From Thermoproteota archaeon (GTDB lineage Archaea > Korarchaeota > Korarchaeia > Korarchaeales > Korarchaeaceae): a DNA stretch of 28,278 nucleotides. Each line of letters begins with the position of its first letter. Position 1 is the first letter of the stretch. Under the pieces are notes generated by a model that saw nothing but the letters and a program-made list of their open reading frames with translations, searched no databases and was not told where the DNA came from. Shown in pieces: positions 17,913 to 26,579 of this stretch. A program made the position numbers and the translations under genes. Location: NCBI GenBank assembly GCA_037917625.1, contig JAVCBY010000074.1:1-28278 (forward strand). The letters run 5' to 3'.

Positions 17913-18923
17913 ATGATGCCTAAGGAACCCGGAGCTTACATGAGAGCTGAGATAAATGAGCAACCCGAGGCCATCGCGAGAACGCTTAATGAGTGCTCAG
18001 ATGAGGTGAGTGAAGCCGCCAAATTACTTAATAATTCATTCATATACGTAACTGGCAGTGGGTCAAGCTATCACTCCTCGCTAGTGTTGAGCAGGGCCCT
18101 CTCTAAGATAACTGGCTTGAGAGCGACAGCAATACCGGCATCTGAGCTCCCAGAATGGATCCCAGGGGAGCTCACCAACTCATCTCTAGTGGCGATTTCC
18201 CAAAGTGGAGAGAGCATAGATGTTATAAATGCTGTAAAAGCTTTTAGAAAGGCTTCTAATGGATCTCCCGTTCTCTCGATAACGAATACTAGGAATAGCA
18301 CCCTTCATAAGATCTCTGATGTATCAATAATTACTAGGGCTGGGGAGGAGAGGGCTATAGCTGCTACGAAGACTTATACTACACAACTCGCAGCTTCTTA
18401 CCTTCTCTCACTCGAGTTAGCGGAGATCAGGGGTAAGGATAATGAAGAGCTCAGGAAGGAGCTTGAGAAGGTTCCTATAATCATCAAGGAGGTCTTAAAT
18501 AAGGATTATAAAATTTACGCTGATACTATAAGGGAAAAGGAGTTTGGATTCATTTTAGGTAAGGGACCAAATTATCCTACGGCTTTAGAATCTGCTCTAA
18601 AACTTAGGGAGACTGCTAACCTGCATTACGTGGGTTATTCAGCGAGGGAGTTTTTGCATGGCCCAATACAGCTCCTCACCAAGGGGACTCCCGTATTCTT
18701 TATACTAGGATCGGAGATAGAGGATATAGTCCAGAGGGTCAGGTCTCTCGGAGGAGATGTTATCAACGTGGATGAGGGAGGAGATATCGAACTGCCTAAG
18801 ATAAGTTATGAGCTATCCCCCATAGTTGCAGTAGTCCCGATGCAGCTGCTCTCACTGGAAGTATCTATTTTAAGGGGATTAGATCCAGATAAGCCTGAGA
18901 GACTGACTAAGGTGGTGAGATGA
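17913..18923 (+). CDS. Double-SIS-domain sugar-phosphate isomerase/deaminase (GlmS isomerase-like, no glutaminase domain; GlmD-like)
   Basis: M..EI.EQP, GSGSSYH, ISQSGES, AG.E.AIAATKTY, ALESALKLRE, EFLHGP and RGLDPDKP.RLTKVV. Likely start 17913 or 17916 rather than 17883. Confidence 0.9.
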   Translation: MMPKEPGAYMRAEINEQPEAIARTLNECSDEVSEAAKLLNNSFIYVTGSGSSYHSSLVLSRALSKITGLRATAIPASELPEWIPGELTNSSLVAISQSGESIDVINAVKAFRKASNGSPVLSITNTRNSTLHKISDVSIITRAGEERAIAATKTYTTQLAASYLLSLELAEIRGKDNEELRKELEKVPIIIKEVLNKDYKIYADTIREKEFGFILGKGPNYPTALESALKLRETANLHYVGYSAREFLHGPIQLLTKGTPVFFILGSEIEDIVQRVRSLGGDVINVDEGGDIELPKISYELSPIVAVVPMQLLSLEVSILRGLDPDKPERLTKVVR

Positions 18924-19576
18924 TGAAGCTACTCCTGATGGAATTGGATAACGTGCTCTACAATTCCAGGCTCCTCAAGGCGATAGCTAGGGAATGGGCT
19001 GTTACGGCGATGAGGGAAGCTGGCCTCCCAGTGGAGCATGAGATAGCTATAGAGACACTGATGGAGGTCGTTAAGGATAAGGGAGAAGACTATCCATTTC
19101 ATTTCGATGAAATGATGATCAGATTAGGACTTAAGAAAGATTTCAGGGTTATAGCTGCTGGAGTGATCGCATACCATGATATAAAGAGGGCCTTCCTCAG
19201 GCCCCAGCCCGGTATCATGGAACTCGTAATGAGAGCTAGGGACATGGGGCTTACTATAGGTGTTATATCGAGGGGAGAGCCCGTTAAGGAATGGGAGAAG
19301 GTCCTGAGGTTGGGCATCCATCATATCGCCCATAAGATCTGGATAGGGAGGGATGTATCCATTAGAAGCATCTTATCCGAGGGATTTAAGCCGGAAGAGA
19401 CAATATTTGTCGTTTGGAATCCTGAGAATTTTAATGAGGCTAAGGAGCTCGGCATCAAGCATCTAGTGAAGCTGAGCGATGGTAAGATAGAGGTATTCGA
19501 GGAGGGCGTCCTGATAAAGGAGGGTGAGCTTTGGAGACTAAAGGATGTTGTAGAAAGCCTTTTGGGAAGGCAATAG
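18920..19576 (+). CDS. HAD-superfamily hydrolase homolog with degenerate catalytic motifs
   Basis: The cap domain resembles the archaeal TIGR02253-type HAD (AMREAGLPV, YPFHFD, IAAGVIAYHD.K, K.WEK.LRLG). Motif I reads ELDNVL. Confidence 0.75.
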   Translation: MMKLLLMELDNVLYNSRLLKAIAREWAVTAMREAGLPVEHEIAIETLMEVVKDKGEDYPFHFDEMMIRLGLKKDFRVIAAGVIAYHDIKRAFLRPQPGIMELVMRARDMGLTIGVISRGEPVKEWEKVLRLGIHHIAHKIWIGRDVSIRSILSEGFKPEETIFVVWNPENFNEAKELGIKHLVKLSDGKIEVFEEGVLIKEGELWRLKDVVESLLGRQ

Positions 19577-20016
19577 TTGGAGGTAGTTTCGATAGACTTC
19601 ATAGAGGGCACAAAGAGCTCCTGGATCTTGCTTGTAGGGTGGCGGAGAGCCTAATCGTTGGACTAGCAGATGGACCCTTGATAGAATCGAAGCCCCTAGC
19701 AGATAAGATCCTCCCCTTCGAGGAGAGGGAGATTTCCCTCAGGGAGTTCCTAGATTCGAGAGGCGTCCCCTATGAAATTGTAAAAATTTTTGATCCAATA
19801 GGTCCCGCTGCCGACATCGAGGACGCTGATGTTATAATAGTATCTACTGAGAGCTATGAGGGAGCTCTAGCCGTTAACGAGAGGAGAAGGGAGAGAGGAT
19901 TGAGTGAACTCAAGATAATAGTTACCCCGCTCATCCTCGCTGAAGATGGTAAGCCTATATCCTCCAGTAGGATAAGGAGCGGGGAGATAGATGCGGAGGG
20001 TAAGCTCTCAATTTAG
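19531..20016 (+). CDS. coaD: Phosphopantetheine adenylyltransferase (archaeal/eukaryote type)
   Basis: VGGSFDRLHRGHKELL, I.DP.GPA, IIVS.E, VN..R...GL..L and DGKPISSSRIR.GEID. Confidence 0.92.
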   Translation: METKGCCRKPFGKAIVGGSFDRLHRGHKELLDLACRVAESLIVGLADGPLIESKPLADKILPFEEREISLREFLDSRGVPYEIVKIFDPIGPAADIEDADVIIVSTESYEGALAVNERRRERGLSELKIIVTPLILAEDGKPISSSRIRSGEIDAEGKLSI

Positions 20017-20062
20017 CGTTAAATTTTTCAATTATATGGATCCGGATAGGGGGTGTTAGCTT

Positions 20063-21205
20063 TTGCCAGGGGAACTGCGATTAATGACTGGTTACGACGC
20101 TTTAGTTGAGGGGGCAATTACAGCTGGCTGTCGCTTCTTCGCTGGTTATCCAATCACCCCTTCCACGGAAATCGCTGAGAGGATGTCCAATCGGTTGCCG
20201 AAAGTTGGGGGTATATTCATTCAGATGGAGGACGAGCTCGCATCCATAATAGCGATAATAGGGGCCTCATGGGGCGGCCTGAAGGCTATGACAGCTACTA
20301 GTGGACCCGGCTTCTCCCTCATGCAGGAAGGCTTGGGTTTCGCGGTAATAACTGAGACCCCTATAGTCTTAGTCGATGTCATGAGAGGCGGGCCCTCAAC
20401 GGGCTTAGTCACGCTACCATCTCAAGGGGATGTGATGCAAGCTAGATGGGGTAGCCATGGGGATTATGCTATAATCGCTCTTGCACCATGGAGCTCCCAA
20501 GAGATGTTCGATTTAGCAATAAAGGCATTTAATCTGGCTGAGATCTACAGAAATCCTGTTATCATTCTCTCCGATGAGGTAGTGGCTCACATAAGGGAAC
20601 CCATAAAGATCCCCCCTCCTGATGAGATAGAGATCGTTGAGAGGAGGAAGCCCTCCGTCCCGCCAACGGAGTTCATACCCTATCTCCCAGAGCCCGGAGA
20701 ATGGGTGAGCCCGATGCCTGCATTCGGGGAGGGCTATAATTTGCTAGTTGAGAGCGTCATGCATGACGAATTCGGGCACAGGATCGGTATGGGACAGCCT
20801 ATTGCTGAGAGGAAGATAAAGAGGATTTACTATAAGATAGAGAAGAACGTGGAGAGAATAGCGATGTATGAGGAGAGAGGATTAGATGACGCTGATGTAG
20901 CCATAGTCACATACGGTTCTTCAGCGAGGACTTCCCTGAAGGCTATGAAGGATGCTAGGAACCTTGGAATAAAAGTTGGGATGTTGAGGCTGATAACCCC
21001 ATGGCCTTTCTACGATAAGCTCATAGAAGAGCTATCCAACAAGGTGAAGTCCATCGTTGTCCCTGAGATGAATATGGGCAAGATCGTCAGGGAGGTTGAG
21101 AGGGCTTCCAAGGGACAGTGCAAGGTATTCTCAATCCCCAAGGTTGGAGGGGTCTTGCACAACCCGGATGAGATTTTATCAGCTGTGAAGCTGGCTGCGA
21201 GGTGA
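20063..21205 (+). CDS. korA: 2-oxoacid:ferredoxin oxidoreductase alpha subunit
   Basis: FAGYPITPSTE, QMEDE, TATSGPGFSLMQE, RGGPSTG and VPEMNMG. TTG start with SD GGGGGTG. Substrate not determinable. Confidence 0.93.
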   Translation: MPGELRLMTGYDALVEGAITAGCRFFAGYPITPSTEIAERMSNRLPKVGGIFIQMEDELASIIAIIGASWGGLKAMTATSGPGFSLMQEGLGFAVITETPIVLVDVMRGGPSTGLVTLPSQGDVMQARWGSHGDYAIIALAPWSSQEMFDLAIKAFNLAEIYRNPVIILSDEVVAHIREPIKIPPPDEIEIVERRKPSVPPTEFIPYLPEPGEWVSPMPAFGEGYNLLVESVMHDEFGHRIGMGQPIAERKIKRIYYKIEKNVERIAMYEERGLDDADVAIVTYGSSARTSLKAMKDARNLGIKVGMLRLITPWPFYDKLIEELSNKVKSIVVPEMNMGKIVREVERASKGQCKVFSIPKVGGVLHNPDEILSAVKLAAR

Positions 21206-21209
21206 TTAT

Positions 21210-22055
21210 ATGATTCAGGAGGAGAATTTTGAGCATATACTTGCGAAGAAATATATGAGAACTGAATTATTGCCTCACGCTTTCTGTTCTGGCTGCGGGA
21301 TAGGGATAATCGAGAGGATGATCTTGATGGCCTTCGAAGAACTGGGGGAGGAAGAGTGGAAGAGAACTGTCTTCGTCAGTGGGATAGGGTGCTCTGGTTG
21401 GACTCCATTGTACTTCAGGAGTGATGTAACCCATACATTGCATGGTAGGGCGCTTCCCTTCGCTATTGGCTTAAAATTGGCTAAGCCAGAGCTCAATGTC
21501 GTTGTGATAATGGGGGATGGTGATTCAATGGCGATAGGAGGCAATCACCTCATCCATGCAGCTAGGAGGAATATAGGGCTCACTGCTATCATCGTGACCA
21601 ACATGGTATACTCCCTCACTGGAGGTCAGATGGCCCCGACGACGCCAGAGGGGGCTATAACTCAGACCACACCTTATGGGAATATAGAGCCGAGCTTCGA
21701 CTTGATTGAGTTGATGAAAGCTGCTGGAGCTACTTATTTAGCTAGATGGACAACGTATCACATAATTCAAGCTAAGAACAGTATAAAGAAAGCGATAAAA
21801 CATAAAGGATTCTCGGTCGTTGAGATAGTATCCCAGTGCCCCACCTTCATGGGGAGGTATGTCCTCAACAAGTCGGATCCTAGGGATATAATGCAGTGGT
21901 TCAAGGAGAACTCGATACCGATAAGCATTGCATCTACTAAGAGTCCGGAGGAGCTTAAGGGTAAGATAATAGTTGGGGAGTTCCTCCACAAGCCTGAAGT
22001 TATGGAGTATACCGAGAGGCTTAAGCTCCTCAAGGAGAGAATTGGGAGGAGATAA
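21210..22055 (+). CDS. korB: 2-oxoacid:ferredoxin oxidoreductase beta subunit (TPP-binding)
   Basis: FCSGCG, SGIGCS, LHGRALP, GDGD...IGGNH, N..YSLTGGQ.APT and SQCPT. Confidence 0.94.
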   Translation: MIQEENFEHILAKKYMRTELLPHAFCSGCGIGIIERMILMAFEELGEEEWKRTVFVSGIGCSGWTPLYFRSDVTHTLHGRALPFAIGLKLAKPELNVVVIMGDGDSMAIGGNHLIHAARRNIGLTAIIVTNMVYSLTGGQMAPTTPEGAITQTTPYGNIEPSFDLIELMKAAGATYLARWTTYHIIQAKNSIKKAIKHKGFSVVEIVSQCPTFMGRYVLNKSDPRDIMQWFKENSIPISIASTKSPEELKGKIIVGEFLHKPEVMEYTERLKLLKERIGRR

Positions 22056-22057
22056 TT

Positions 22058-22387
22058 ATGTCAGCCGCTAGGGTAAAGCAAATAGCCGTTAGTGATAAGC
22101 TCTGTAAGGCATGTTACCTCTGCATATGGGCTTGTCCATGGGGAGTGCTGGAGATAAAGGAGGAGAGGAACTGGAGGGGGATAAAGAAGCCATATGCGGC
22201 CAGGATTGAGCAATGTAGAGCTTGCAAATTATGTGAGCTCTATTGCCCGGATTTCGCGATCCAAGTGATAGTCGATGAGGAGGAGGAAAGGAAGATCATA
22301 GAGATTGAGGAGAGCTATGAGAGGAAGTGGCTTGATAGGTTAAAGAAGAGGGATGAGATAATATCGAGGGGTGTGTGGTGGTTATGA
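22058..22387 (+). CDS. korD: 2x[4Fe-4S] ferredoxin-like delta subunit
   Basis: CKACYLCIWACP and CRACKLCELYCPDFAI, plus a charged C-terminal tail. Confidence 0.9.
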   Translation: MSAARVKQIAVSDKLCKACYLCIWACPWGVLEIKEERNWRGIKKPYAARIEQCRACKLCELYCPDFAIQVIVDEEEERKIIEIEESYERKWLDRLKKRDEIISRGVWWL

Positions 22388-22932
22388 GAATAGAGGTCAT
22401 GATATCCGGTTTCGGCGGTCAGGGTGTGGTTGTAGCTGGGGCTGTTTTAACTCAGGCGGCAGTCCTAGGGAATTATTACGCGACATCAACTTATACTTAT
22501 GGACCAGAGGCCAGGCTAGGGTCTACGAGGTCTGAAGTAGTGATATCGGAAGAGGAAGTGGATTACCCGAAGGTGCTCAACCCTGATTATTGGATAGTGA
22601 TGAATCAGCACTCCCTGAATACATTATCTCCCAGATATCAGTTTGGAAAAACTATTGTTATTGCTGACGAATCTAATATAAAGTATTTTGAACCAATAGA
22701 GAAAAAAGCGAAGATAATTTACAAAATCCCTGCCACGGATGAAGCTGAGAGGCTGGGAGATAGGCTAGTCACTAACATGTTGATGCTAGGAATATTCTCC
22801 GAGATTTCTGGGATAATATCATCAGATAATCTGAAAGAAGCTATAAGGGAAACTGTCAGGCCTCAGTTTATTGAGATCAATATGAGGGCTGTTGATAGAG
22901 GGGTCGAGATAGCCAGGGCCCTCAAGGGATAA
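22384..22932 (+). CDS. 2-oxoacid:ferredoxin oxidoreductase gamma subunit
   Basis: SGFGGQGVV, YGPEARLG...SEVVIS, IPAT..A and NM.MLG. ATG22384 overlaps the delta stop (ATGA). Confidence 0.93.
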   Translation: MRIEVMISGFGGQGVVVAGAVLTQAAVLGNYYATSTYTYGPEARLGSTRSEVVISEEEVDYPKVLNPDYWIVMNQHSLNTLSPRYQFGKTIVIADESNIKYFEPIEKKAKIIYKIPATDEAERLGDRLVTNMLMLGIFSEISGIISSDNLKEAIRETVRPQFIEINMRAVDRGVEIARALKG

Positions 22933-22960
22933 CTTTAATTCCCTCCCAACTATTTTTCCT

Positions 22961-23023
22961 CGGGCTGTGATGAGTGTTCGGCAAGAGGGCTTAAATGGCC
23001 CTTAAGAGGGTCAGCTGAGCCCG
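22961..23023 (+). ncRNA. Box C/D 2'-O-methylation guide sRNA; predicted target 23S rRNA helix 69 (E. coli C1920 equivalent)
   Basis: Terminal stem CGGGC/GCCCG, C box GTGATGA (22967-22973) and D box CTGA (23015-23018) in exact K-turn register. Bases 23000-23014 are the reverse complement of CUGACCCUCUUAAGG. TATA-like TTTAATT at 22934-22940. Confidence 0.88.
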
Positions 23024-23033
23024 GGAGGATAAA

Positions 23034-23714
23034 TTGCTACCGATTAGGGATGAGAATCCGAGTCACGTTAGGCCCCTCGTCAGCTACTCGCTCATAGTGA
23101 TCAATATAATGATCTTCATCTTGGAATCATCGAATCCGGAGCTTATGGATTCCCTCATAAGCAACTATGGTTTCATCCCCTCGGCCTTCATAGAGAGACC
23201 TGCCCCGAATTCCTACAGGTTGATCACATCCATCTTCCTCCACGGTGGTTGGATTCACTTAATCGGAAATATGTTATATCTCTTCATCTTTGGAGATAAT
23301 GTTGAAGCTGCCCTTGGGCGCATAAATTATTTAATTTTCTATCTTTTCTCCGGAATTTCAGCAAGCTTCTCCCATATGATCGCCTCGGCATCCCTCGGGA
23401 TGCCACTGGATCTGCCAGTAGTAGGCGCTTCCGGGGCGATAAGCGGGATTTTGGGGTCCTATCTGATCTTTTATCCGAGGGCTAAGATAATCACAGTCAT
23501 ATTCTTAGGATACCTCGTTACATTAAGGTCGATATCTGCCAAGTACTTTCTTATTTTCTGGTTCATCCTCCAGTTGATCCCAGGAGCTCTGGGAGAGGCT
23601 GTGGGCGTCGCTTACTGGGCTCATATAGGGGGCTTCCTCGTGGGCATGATGATAGCAATTCCCTATAGATTGACGAGGAGGGATCGCTCTGGAGGATATA
23701 GATTTACTGGCTGA
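23034..23714 (+). CDS. Rhomboid-family intramembrane serine protease
   Basis: P.RD.NP N-terminus, ITSIFLHGGWIHLIGNM, GDNVE, GASGAISG (catalytic Ser) and AYWAHIGG (catalytic His). Confidence 0.95.
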   Translation: MLPIRDENPSHVRPLVSYSLIVINIMIFILESSNPELMDSLISNYGFIPSAFIERPAPNSYRLITSIFLHGGWIHLIGNMLYLFIFGDNVEAALGRINYLIFYLFSGISASFSHMIASASLGMPLDLPVVGASGAISGILGSYLIFYPRAKIITVIFLGYLVTLRSISAKYFLIFWFILQLIPGALGEAVGVAYWAHIGGFLVGMMIAIPYRLTRRDRSGGYRFTG

Positions 23715-23730
23715 TGAGTTAGCTGAAGTC

Positions 23731-24285
23731 ATGAGGATAGCTTACATTAAGGGACTCACGACCGGAGGAGGGGGAAATGCGAGCATAAGGATCTCGAACG
23801 GGTTCCTCATAACCCCCTCTGGGAAATTCAAGGGGAGGCTCAGGGGAGAGGATATCCTTATGATAAACGATAAGGGTGAGGTACTTCGGGGGATTGGTAA
23901 ACCTAGCTCTGAATGGAGGTTGCACTTGAAGATATATTCTATAAGGGGAGATGTTAACTCCGTTTTGCATTGCCATCATCCTCTAGCTACAGCACTCTCG
24001 ATCTCCTTCAGGGACTCCTTGAGCGATATTATGAAAGATTTCATGACGGAGGAAGCGAACATCTTCCTGAAGAAACTGGCTGTAGTTCCATGGAGGCCGT
24101 TCGGGACTCAAGAACTGGCCGATATAGTTAGTGAAGCACTAAAAGATTCCAATGCGGCCCTGATAGAGAGACATGGGGCATTAGTTGTAGCTGAGGATCA
24201 CTGGAAGGCTCTCGCTGCTATGGAATCCCTCTTAGAGACACTCTGGATATTCTTATTTGATAAGATTTTGAGGAGGATCAGCTGA
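23731..24285 (+). CDS. Class II aldolase/adducin-family protein (FucA/MtnB-like); true start probably upstream at 23689
   Basis: GLT..GGNASIR, ITPSG..K, KPSSEWRLH..IY, VLHCHH, PFGT.ELA and HGALVV. Confidence 0.92.
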   Translation: MRIAYIKGLTTGGGGNASIRISNGFLITPSGKFKGRLRGEDILMINDKGEVLRGIGKPSSEWRLHLKIYSIRGDVNSVLHCHHPLATALSISFRDSLSDIMKDFMTEEANIFLKKLAVVPWRPFGTQELADIVSEALKDSNAALIERHGALVVAEDHWKALAAMESLLETLWIFLFDKILRRIS

Positions 24286-25657
24286 ACTTCCAGGGCCTCC
24301 CTACGCCGACATATGCCCTTCCAGCTGGGATGTGATCGACCTCCATTAAATCCCTACCGTCAACTATTAACCTTATTTTCTCACTCATTGAGAAGAGCTC
24401 ACTCACATTCATTCTATAGATACTATGATCCGTCGATATCACGATGACATCAGCTCCTAAGATCTCCCCCATATCTTTGACTAATCTCACCCCCATGGAG
24501 GAGAGCCTCTCATCCTCGCTTATGAACGGATCTTGGACCACTAAATCCCTGAACCCCATTGATAGTAGCTCTTTTATTAATTCATAAGTTGGAGAGAGTC
24601 TCGGATCTCCTATATCTCCCCTGAAAGATAGTCCAAGCACTGCTATCTTCGGATTCTCCAGTCCCAATCTTGAGACACCCTCTCTCACAAGTTCAGCGAC
24701 CTCCTTAGGCATGAGCTCATTTATGCCCCTAGCTGTTGAGATGAGATTTAACTTGAGTCCGAGGGATTTAGCCTTCCAGATTAAGAACTTAGGGTATATG
24801 GGGATGCATAACCCCCCGACTCCGGTACCAGGCCTATGGAGATTTGAGTAAGGTTGACTGTTCGCAGCTCTAGCGACCTCCTCATAATCTATACCCAGTT
24901 CTCTGCAAAGTATCGCTAACTCATTCGCTAAAGCTATATTGACATCCCTGTAAACTCCTTCAGCGAGTTTCTCAAATTCTGCCACTAGCTCATTCGATAC
25001 CCTTATCACTCCTCTCTTGGAGATCATTGAGTAGAGAATAGATGCTACTTCGCCGCTCCTCTCATCCACCCCTCCTATTATCTTCGGATAAGATTCTACG
25101 ATGTCCCTCAGGGCCCTACCTTCAGATATCCTCTCCGGGCTGTAAGCTAAGCCGAACTCACCTAAGGAAAGCCCACTTCTCTCCTCCAATATCGGTTTGA
25201 GGAGATACCTCGTTGTCCCCGGAGGGACACTGCTCTCCAAGATCACCAGATCCCCTCTCTTGAGGCCTGAAGCTATTGACTCAGCGACCGAGCTTATTGC
25301 CGATAGATCGGGCTCCCCATCTGCCATCATCGAAGGGGCAGCTATTATCTTCACATCGGATTTCGCTGATGCATCCTCCCCATCGGATGTCGCATATAGC
25401 CTCCCCTCCAACTTAGCCTTCCTGAAAATTTCGGAGAGGCAGGGTTCCTCTACTGGAGACTCTCCCCTATCCAGGGCTCCGATCTTATCCCCATCCTTAT
25501 CAACTCCTATCCCCTTAGCTCCAGCTAAGAGCCAAGCTGCCAGTATGGAGGATCCGACGTGCCCTATACCATATACAGCTACTGTTATTTTGCCAGTTCT
25601 CAAGCCCATCTTGAGCTCTGAGGGGCTTAATTCCATCACGGGCATTTTGATCAGCAT
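24278..25657 (-). CDS. Nucleotide-sugar dehydrogenase (UDP-ManNAc/UDP-GlcNAc 6-dehydrogenase family, WecC-like)
   Basis: GIGHVG, ESSVPPGTT, YSPERI.EG, AEFEKL.E..YRDVNIALANE, PG.GVGG.C.P..P and LGLSFRGD..D.R.SP. Confidence 0.93.
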   Translation of the reverse strand: MLIKMPVMELSPSELKMGLRTGKITVAVYGIGHVGSSILAAWLLAGAKGIGVDKDGDKIGALDRGESPVEEPCLSEIFRKAKLEGRLYATSDGEDASAKSDVKIIAAPSMMADGEPDLSAISSVAESIASGLKRGDLVILESSVPPGTTRYLLKPILEERSGLSLGEFGLAYSPERISEGRALRDIVESYPKIIGGVDERSGEVASILYSMISKRGVIRVSNELVAEFEKLAEGVYRDVNIALANELAILCRELGIDYEEVARAANSQPYSNLHRPGTGVGGLCIPIYPKFLIWKAKSLGLKLNLISTARGINELMPKEVAELVREGVSRLGLENPKIAVLGLSFRGDIGDPRLSPTYELIKELLSMGFRDLVVQDPFISEDERLSSMGVRLVKDMGEILGADVIVISTDHSIYRMNVSELFSMSEKIRLIVDGRDLMEVDHIPAGRAYVGVGRPWKFS

Positions 25658-25745
25658 CTAGTTGAGCTCGCACTTAAAGACGTTAACCCCTATTACGGAA
25701 TTTGTAATAATAAGAATTAAAGCATTGAGAGATGCGATCCTGGGG

Positions 25746-26576
25746 GTGATTAAAATAAGGGAAGAGGAGCTAAAGCTTCTACTGGACCCGTACGTTAGAA
25801 GAGCGGACTTAGCACTAATGGAAGCTTTAAGGAATAACATGGAAAATCCTTTCGCTGATCCATTAATTGAATTTACGAAAGGGGGGAAGAGGATAAGGCC
25901 CGCGATACTCTTCCTCGTCAATGAAGCTTGTGGCGGTGGGGGGAGCCCTGAGCTCGCTGCTGCAGCTGTAGAGTTAATACATACGGCCTCCCTGATCCAT
26001 GATGATATAATAGATGGTAGCGATTCTAGGAGGGGGCTTCCATCTTTTCATGTGAAGCATGGCATGGAGATGGCGATATTAATAGCTGATTTCATCCTAT
26101 CGATCGTCCTGGAGATAGTGAGTGAGTATGATGATAAGAGGATAGGGAAGCTCCTCTCGGAAGCTACTAAGCTCATGTCAATAGGGGAGATGATGGAAGT
26201 TGTCCTGATCAAGAGGGGAGATCCCATAAGTTTGGATGATTATCTGGAGGTGTTGAAGTACAAAACAGCTTCCCTCTTCCAAACAGCTTCATCATTGGGG
26301 GCGCTTATAGCTGGAAGGGATGACCTTTATGAGGAGATGGGCCTCTACGGCCTCTACCTCGGGCTATCTTACCAGATAAGGGATGATCTCCTCGACTGGG
26401 GGAAGAGGGGAGAGATCACATACCTTCTGAAGGGAAGCAACATCAGAGAATTTCTCGAGGATTTAGCATTTCAATTCTCGATGAAAGCAATAGATAAACT
26501 CAATAAAATCCCAGATTCCCCTCAAAAGATGATTTTGAGGGAGATCGCAGCTTATTCCATTGAGAGGAAAGTATGA
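25746..26576 (+). CDS. trans-Polyprenyl diphosphate synthase (probably longer than C20)
   Basis: GGKRIRP, first Asp-rich motif LIHDDIID...RRG, YKTASLF and second motif YQIRDDLLD. The track start at 25662 is unlikely; GTG25746 or ATA25755 fit better. Confidence 0.92.
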   Translation: MIKIREEELKLLLDPYVRRADLALMEALRNNMENPFADPLIEFTKGGKRIRPAILFLVNEACGGGGSPELAAAAVELIHTASLIHDDIIDGSDSRRGLPSFHVKHGMEMAILIADFILSIVLEIVSEYDDKRIGKLLSEATKLMSIGEMMEVVLIKRGDPISLDDYLEVLKYKTASLFQTASSLGALIAGRDDLYEEMGLYGLYLGLSYQIRDDLLDWGKRGEITYLLKGSNIREFLEDLAFQFSMKAIDKLNKIPDSPQKMILREIAAYSIERKV

Positions 26577-26579
26577 GGG

